From Rebecca billardiae RCC1528 (Eukaryota > Protista > Haptophyta), in NCBI GenBank assembly GCA_965240325.2, contig OZ251226.1, positions 3,348,001-3,412,000 on the forward strand: a stretch of DNA of 64,000 nt. Direction: 5' to 3'. The translations under genes were made by a program, and so were the position numbers. The notes beneath the pieces were generated by a model. The model worked only from the letters and a program-made list of their open reading frames with translations. It was not told the origin of the DNA and made no database searches. Of this stretch, positions 57,729 to 64,000 are shown in pieces. How positions within the stretch are numbered: position 1 is the first letter of the stretch; every line of letters begins with the position of its first letter.

Positions 57729-58784
57729 ATGTGCTTTCGTAACCGTATGCGCAATGAGAAGGACGGTCCAAGCTCGCTCGCCTTCGCAAAAGTTCGCAAA
57801 AGATCCGCTCAACAGTCCACACCCTGGACCACGACACCAATGTTGCACAGCGCGAGCTCCTCGACACACAGCTCGCCCCAGCCCATCCAACGGCGCCCAT
57901 CCTTGCGGCTCGGCGCGGAGGACAAGATTCGCGACCCGCAGAACGAGTGGACGTCGCACACGGAGCAGGTGTGGGCGCTCATGCACCGCGCCATCGCGTA
58001 CGACCTGAACGACACGATCCTCGCGCTCGAGCGCATGCTCGACGCGCCGGAGGTCGAGCCCTGGGAGTACGCCGTGATGCGCACGTGGTGGCGGCGCGTC
58101 GTGGAGAACATCGATCAGCACCACAGCCACGAGGAGGCCATCCTCTTCCCCGCCCTGCGAGCAAGGATTGAGATCCCGCTCGAGGTCGAGGCCGAGCACG
58201 AGGCGCTGCACGCGCTGCTCGAGGACGCGACGACGACCGTCGACGGGCTCGGCGAGGACACGAGCCCGGGCGACTGCATTGCGGCGCTTGACGCGCTCGT
58301 TGCGCTCCTCCTCCCGCACATGCGCCACGAGGAGGCCGTCATCCTCCCCGCGATGATGGCCGCCTTCTCGCCGCGCGAGGTGACGGCCATCGAGCGGCGC
58401 GTCACGCAGCGGCTCACGTGGCTGGACGCGCCGCACTTCTACCGCGCGCTCGGGCACGACCTCGCGAAGAAGCATGCGCACTTCAGCCGGTTCCGAGGGA
58501 TGCCCGGCTTCCTCTTCCCCGCCTTCGCGCCGAAGGACTTCGAGCGGTACGAGCGCGAGCACGGCTGGATGATCAAGGCGCTCCGCGAGCCGGCGTACAA
58601 GGCGTGGGCGGACGAGCAGAGGCTGGCGGAGCACGCCCAGAAGCAGCTCGGGCCCATGTGCGTCCCGCTGCCGGGGCTGGCGACGGCGATGAAGAAGCGC
58701 CGCTCCAGGTCCTCCCGTGCGTCACCCGTCGTCAGCCCAGAGCCGCAGAGCGCCGGCCCGCCACAGTTTGTTCACGCGCTCTGA
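57729..58784 (+). CDS. Hemerythrin HHE cation-binding domain protein; start uncertain
   Basis: LMHRAI, HHSHEEAILFP, EHEAL and HMRHEEAVILP. Confidence 0.85.
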   Translation: MCFRNRMRNEKDGPSSLAFAKVRKRSAQQSTPWTTTPMLHSASSSTHSSPQPIQRRPSLRLGAEDKIRDPQNEWTSHTEQVWALMHRAIAYDLNDTILALERMLDAPEVEPWEYAVMRTWWRRVVENIDQHHSHEEAILFPALRARIEIPLEVEAEHEALHALLEDATTTVDGLGEDTSPGDCIAALDALVALLLPHMRHEEAVILPAMMAAFSPREVTAIERRVTQRLTWLDAPHFYRALGHDLAKKHAHFSRFRGMPGFLFPAFAPKDFERYEREHGWMIKALREPAYKAWADEQRLAEHAQKQLGPMCVPLPGLATAMKKRRSRSSRASPVVSPEPQSAGPPQFVHAL

Positions 58785-59242
58785 TCGCCGATTGCGGAAA
58801 CACGGCCACGGGCCACCGCGCAAGTCAGTGAGGCCGAGGCCGCGGGCAGTCTCAGCGGAGGCCTCTGAAACGGTGTAGTACGGTACGGTAATATAGTATA
58901 GTATAGTACGTATCAGCGCATTATTAATATTGCTGCTGACGATATAGCGCATCAGTCGTAGTATTATAGTAGTCACAGCGTCTGTCATGCTACACTCCGC
59001 TACAGTCACTTCAGCGATCGGACCCGAGATGGCGTCCGGGTCACCGTCACGCCTTGACTCCTGCTGAGCCCGGGCTGGCACCGCGCCTCGCAGCGGCCCA
59101 ATGCGCTGAATGCTGGCGGCATCGTCTCATCGGCGACGGCGTCCGCCGGTCGAGCGAGCCGAGAGCCCGAGGCCGAGTGACGGAGTACGTGTGGCAACCG
59201 GACGATGACGTTATTATTGACGGCGCACTCGCGCCGTCCAGC

Positions 59243-60772
59243 TCACGCCCGCGCCAGCGCGCTACGCGCCCGCCGGATGAGCATCTCGCTCGGCCCAACT
59301 CCGCCGCAGTCGATGCGCCGCCCCTCAAACGCGGGCGCGCGCTCGAGGGCGACGAGCGCGTGCGCGTGTGCCGCCAGCAGCTGCGCGCCCAGCTGCACGC
59401 CCACCGCCGTGCCCAGCGCGCGCGGCTCGCGCGAGAGCCGCGCGCGTACGAGCGAGTCGGCGCGAAGCCATGCTGCCGGTGCGCCGTCGTCGGGCTCGGG
59501 CGCGATCGGCATACCGTGCGCCGCGAGCAGCGCGCCCTCGGCCGCACGCGCTGCTGCCCACCCCGCCGGCGTCGGCGCGCCGTCAGCGCCGGCTGCACCG
59601 GGCAGCGCGGGCGCGCGCGGAGGCCGCTGCGCGCACGCAGAGTCCTGCTCGGAAGAGTCCTGCTCGGAAGAGTCCTGCTCGGAAGAGTCCTGCTCGAGCG
59701 CAGCGGCCTCGCACGGGCCGAGCGCATCCGTCAGCAGGAGCACGGGCACGTCCGTCACGCCGGCCGCGCCCCGAGCCGCGCTGCTCGCGGCCGCGCCCAC
59801 CGCCGCGGCAGCGCGCCGCGTGCGCGCGCGCAGCAGTGCCGCGCACGCGCTCGAGTTCGAGTCCGGTCCGACCGCTCCGGCGCGCGCGCGCCACACGGCC
59901 GCGACGTACGGGCTGCCGCGCAGCTCCTCGCGCTGCACGGCGCGGGCCACGGCCCAGATCGCGGCGGAGGGCGGCAGCCAGCCGGAGGCGCCAGCCTCGG
60001 CCGCGCCGGGCGTTGCGCCCGCGGCCCCGCGCACGGCGGCGCCCGGCGCGTGTGGCTCACACGCGCGCAGCCAGCGCGCGCGCCACAGCGCGGCCGGCTG
60101 CGCGTGCACGCGCGACAGCGCGCTCGTCCACTCGGCGGCGAGGACGAGCACCGTGGAGCCGGCGCGGCGCAGCGCGCTCGCCAGCTCGAGCGCCTCGAGC
60201 TCGCTCGCCGGCGGCGCGGAGCGCAGGAGCGCGTACCCGGGCCCGGTGCTGAGCGCGCCGCGCGGCAGGAACTCGCGCGCGCGCTGCCCGAGCTTGCAGC
60301 TGCGCGCGGGCGGGACGAGGAAGGCGACGCGGCAGCGCGGCGTGCTCGCGCGCTCGAGGTCGCGCAGCAGCGCCGACCGAGGCACCGTCGGCACGCCCAG
60401 GCTCGACACGTTCCAGTAGGCCGACGCGGGCAGGCAGCCGCGCTCGTCGAGTGCGCTCGCGCGCGCGGCGCGCATGCGGCCGTCTGGCTCGACGCACGGC
60501 TCGACGAGGGTGAGCGCGCTCCAGCGCGCGATCCGCGCGAGGTACATGAGCGACCATATCCAGCCGACAAAGCCGTCCGCGACGTGGCCGAGCACGGCGT
60601 GCGTGGGGCCGTCGGCGCACGGCGCGAGCGAGCCGGCCGGCATCGCGCTGCCCAAACCGAAGACTGCCGGACTGGGTCTGTGCAGGTGTGCACTGTGCAG
60701 CAGGACCGGGCGGAACAAGACAGTTCGGTCAAGGCGCCAACGACGAGTCGCCGAAAGGTCGGCCCCCACCAC
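59243..60772 (-). CDS. Putative O-fucosyltransferase-like glycosyltransferase; first ATG at 60643
   Basis: LARIA..LTLVEPCV, PYVAAVWRA and VLLLTD resemble the GT-B fucosyltransferase motif order. Weak match. Confidence 0.45.
   Translation of the reverse strand: MVGADLSATRRWRLDRTVLFRPVLLHSAHLHRPSPAVFGLGSAMPAGSLAPCADGPTHAVLGHVADGFVGWIWSLMYLARIARWSALTLVEPCVEPDGRMRAARASALDERGCLPASAYWNVSSLGVPTVPRSALLRDLERASTPRCRVAFLVPPARSCKLGQRAREFLPRGALSTGPGYALLRSAPPASELEALELASALRRAGSTVLVLAAEWTSALSRVHAQPAALWRARWLRACEPHAPGAAVRGAAGATPGAAEAGASGWLPPSAAIWAVARAVQREELRGSPYVAAVWRARAGAVGPDSNSSACAALLRARTRRAAAAVGAAASSAARGAAGVTDVPVLLLTDALGPCEAAALEQDSSEQDSSEQDSSEQDSACAQRPPRAPALPGAAGADGAPTPAGWAAARAAEGALLAAHGMPIAPEPDDGAPAAWLRADSLVRARLSREPRALGTAVGVQLGAQLLAAHAHALVALERAPAFEGRRIDCGGVGPSEMLIRRARSALARA
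59640..59697. repeat. 15-bp coding tandem repeat, four copies (EQDSS)
   Basis: gagtcctgctcggaa repeated. Confidence 0.9.
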
Positions 60773-61321
60773 GGACGCGTCCTCCCGCTGCCACCCCCGC
60801 GGCCCCCGTGCCCGGCGGCGTCGGCGGTGGACGCGTGCGTGGTCGCGGGGGTGCGGCCCGGCGTGCGCGCGCGCGCGTTGGCACCACGGCCTGCGCTGCG
60901 CGTGCCGCGTCGGGCCCCGCCCCCTCCCCCTCGCCGACCGCGCCGCTCCGCCTGTGCGTCACGGGAGCGCGCGCGGCGGCACCGGGCCGCGCGCTGAGAC
61001 GGCGTTCCGCCGCCCGGCGTCCGGGCGGGCTGGTGCTTACTAAAAGGAACGCGCGCGGCGACGGCGGGCCCTATTCAGGGGCGGCACCCGCCGGAGGCGA
61101 CCCCTCCGCACAAACGCCGGCCGCCGCTGCCCGGCGCAAGGCAGCTGTGGCGCGCCGTCCGGAGTCGGACGCGCGCCGAGAGACCACGACTCGCCAGCAC
61201 TCACCCAACACACCCAACAGATCTCAAGGCACCGAAGACCCCGACGAGCGGCCCCGGGAGAGAGACGACCCCCCGGGCGCACGCGACCAAGGACCCCCCC
61301 TGCTTCCACGCGCCGCCCCCG

Positions 61322-62080
61322 CTGCCGCTCTACTCCGACTCGGCGCTGCCGCGCGCCGGGGCGACAGTGCTGGTGCGCACGGCGCGCGTCGACGCGGACG
61401 GCGGCGTGTGGGGCGCGCTGCCCGAGTGGGGCGCGCGCGCCAGCGCGTATATGCGCCCGGGCGCGGCGGCGCCCACGCCCAAGAGCGCCCGCGCCTTCGT
61501 CGCCGCGGCGCAGCGCGGCGCTCGCACGCGCGCCGGCCACCTCTTCTGCGCAGAGGTGGCGCATGCGGAGTGGGCGGCCGCGCGCCGCTCTGAGGCCGGC
61601 GGCGACGACGCGCCGGCGGGTGAGGCGGACGGCGACGCGCCGGCGTGCGAGCTCCGGCTGGAGGTGAGCGTCGATCGGCGCCCGCTCTTCGCCGCGCAGC
61701 TGCGCGCGGCTGTCGCCGCAGGCGCGCGCGGCGCGCACGGCGCGCGCGCGCCCGCGCGCGGCGGCGGCGCTCCGCTACAGGAGGCAGAGGCGCGCGCGCT
61801 GCGCAGGTGGCGCGCCGCCGAGCGCGCTGCGGCGGTCGTCGAGCGCGCCGCCGCGGCATGTGGCATCGACCGAGTGCACGCGCGCCGCCTCGCGCTGTAC
61901 CCGCACTACGAGGGGCACGCAAGCGGCGCGGAGCAAGCCGAGGCGCTCGCGCCGGCCGGCGCCGCGCGCCGCGGCTGCGCGGGCGCGGCCGAGGGTGCGG
62001 CGGCGGAGGGCGGCGCGTGCGACCCCGCCGCGGAGAGGGCGTGCGAGGACGATGCGCAGGCCGAGGCGGACACGGACGGG

Positions 62081-62113
<33 letters not shown>

Positions 62114-64000
62114 CGCAGCCCCGAGCTCGCCGCGGCCGGCTGGCTCTCCGCGCTCGGCCGTGCGCAGCTGGCGCAGCTGCGCGCGCCGCGCGCCGCCGCC
62201 GCCGCCCCTGCCACCTGCGCCGCGCCGCCCGCCGCCGCCGCCGCCCCTGCCGCCGCCGCCGCGCCGCCCGCCGCCCTCGCCGTGTGCGGCCGGCCGCTGC
62301 CCGAGGCGTTCGCGCGCGCCCTCGAGCGCGAGTGCGCGTCCGAGGCGCAGCGCGCGCGGCGGGCGCGGCGGCACGCGCTGGTCGCCACGCTGCGCGCGCC
62401 GCACAACGAGCGCACGCCGAGCGTGGGCGCCGTGCGGCGCGCGGCCGCCGCGGCGGAGGGCCTCGCGCCGCCGCGTGGCGTGAGCGGCGTGGTGGTGCGG
62501 GCGCGCGCGCCGCCCGCCTTCGCCTTCGAGCTGACGGCGCAGCCCGAGGCGGACGGCCGCGCGGCGCTGCTGTATCTGCACGAGGCGGTGCGCGTCGCGC
62601 AGGCGGCCGCGGCCGCGCCGCGCCAGCCGCGCGCGCCGCCGCGCGACGCGGTGCGCGCCGCCTCCCAGCAAGCAGCGGCGGCGGCGGCGGCAGCGCCCGC
62701 CGCCGCGCCGCCCTCGGCACCCACGCCGCCGCACCACCACCACCACCCCCCGCCGCCGCTGCCGTGCCTCACCGTCGGGCTGCTGGGCGACGTGGCGCAC
62801 GGCAAGTCTGCGCTGTGTGCGGCGCTGACGGCCGAGAGGACGCAGCGCCACTCGGCCGAGCGGCGCGCGCACGGCGCGACGCTCAAGCTCGGGTACGCGA
62901 GCGCGCGGCTGCACGCGTGCGCGTGCGCGTGCGCGCGCTGCGGGCCGCGCGGCGGCGGCGGCGGCGGCGCGGACGACGACGACGCCGCTTGCGCGCGCGA
63001 CGCGGCGGCCGTGCCGCGCGCGGCCGTGCCGCGCGCGGCCGAGGCGGGCGCGGCCGAGGCGGGCTTGGCCCCTACTCCTACTCCTACTCCTACTCCTACT
63101 CCTACTCCTACGCCTACGCCTACGCCTACTCGTACTCCGTGCACCTGCCACTTCGCCACATGCGCCGAGCTCGCCCCCGCCCCGCCGGCGTGCCCCGCGT
63201 GCGCCCGCCCGATGCGCGCGCATCGCCAGCTCTGCCTCGTCGACAGCCCGGGCCACGCGCGACTAGGCGGCGTGGCGGTGCGCGCGTGCGGTGCGCTGGA
63301 CGGCGCAATTCTCGTCGCGAGTGCGACGCAGCCGTGTCCGAGCGCGCAGGCGCGCGCGCACCTCGCGGCGCTCGACGCCGCGGCGCAGCTCGCGCCCGGG
63401 CAGCTCGCCATCGTGCAGACCAAGGCCGACCGCCTCGCGTGCGCCGCGCGCGCGCGCGGCGCGGCCGACGCCGAGGCGGGCGCTGCGGCTGTGGCGCACG
63501 CGCTCGGCGCGCACGCGGCGAGCGCGCGCGCGGCGCTCGGCGCGAGCCGGCTCGGGCGCGCGGCGCCGATCATCCCGGCGGCGGCGCTGCTCGGCATCGG
63601 CCTCGACGCGCTCGCGCGCTGGCTCGCGCTCCTCCCCGCACCGCCGCCTCCGCCACACCTCGACCAGAGCGGCGACACCCTCGGCGGCGCCAGCGGCCCC
63701 GCGCCTCCGCCGCTGCTGCGCGCGCTGCGCTCCTTCGACGTGAACCGGCCGGGCGCGCGCGCGGCGCGGCTGGCGGGCGGCGTGCTGGGCGGCGTGGTGG
63801 AGGGCGGGGCGGTGCGCGAGGGAGACGCGCTGGAGGTGCGGCCGGGGCTCGCCGTGCGCGCGGCGGGCACCACGCCCGCCGGCGCGCCGCTCGCCGTCCG
63901 GCCGCTGCGCGCCACCGTCGAGGGCGCGGCGCGCGGCGGCGCGCGCGCGCGCGCCGCGGAGGGCGGCGGGCTGTGGGCCGTGCGCACGACGCTGTGCCCC
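61322..64000 (+). CDS. eIF2-alpha/eIF2-gamma fusion protein, divergent paralog; partial, runs off the window; start codon unresolved
   Basis: Stop-free frame from 60998 to the window end. Alpha-like: LYSDSALPRAGATVLVRTARVDADGGVWGALPEW, EARALRRWRAAERAAAVVERAA, VGAVRRA..VVVRARAPPAF..DGRAAL. Gamma-like: VGLLGDVAHGKS, TLKLGYA, VDSPGH, LDGAILV, QTKAD, RSFDVNRPG, LAGGVLGG, LEVRPG. Confidence 0.85.
63071..63130 (+). repeat. (CCTACT/CCTACG)n hexamer encoding a Pro-Thr linker inside the gamma zinc-knuckle region
   Basis: Read directly from the sequence. Confidence 0.9.

Noticed and set aside
61664-61780. In-frame GTGAGC...CAG candidate intron in the eIF2 fusion
   Set aside because: Not needed for the frame, and splicing would remove LEVSVDRR, which aligns with the last S1 strand. 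Unresolved without RNA data.

Overview
Very GC-rich eukaryotic nuclear DNA with short GT(GCGC)-AG introns and compact head-to-head gene pairs. A haptophyte-like alga is my inference only. Gene blocks alternate with lower-GC islands of nested transposons and (TA)n runs. Genes: SPRY+META protein, two-module PRMT7/9-type methyltransferase, ankyrin protein, At4g14100-like secreted protein, DUF6817/2OG-Fe(II) fusion, WDR93, RRP36, PfkB kinase, a very large ARM/Ala-rich protein, TOM22, a multi-TM TIR-like protein, FAM210/DUF1279, a FANCD2-like protein, hemerythrin and a putative glycosyltransferase. Main finding: an open frame missing from the ORF track (about 61322 to beyond 64000, + strand) encodes an eIF2-alpha-like module (S1, helical and C-terminal domains) fused in frame to a divergent eIF2-gamma GTPase. 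It lacks the Ser51 motif and has no AUG upstream of its S1 domain. Mobile DNA includes two different long-TIR Mutator-like elements sharing a triplicated 9-bp target, a pogo element with a nested insertion in its inner repeat, a (TA)n-associated RLE non-LTR retroelement, a CAC-ended element, MITEs and solo terminal fragments. All family calls come from motif recognition by eye; no database searches were run.
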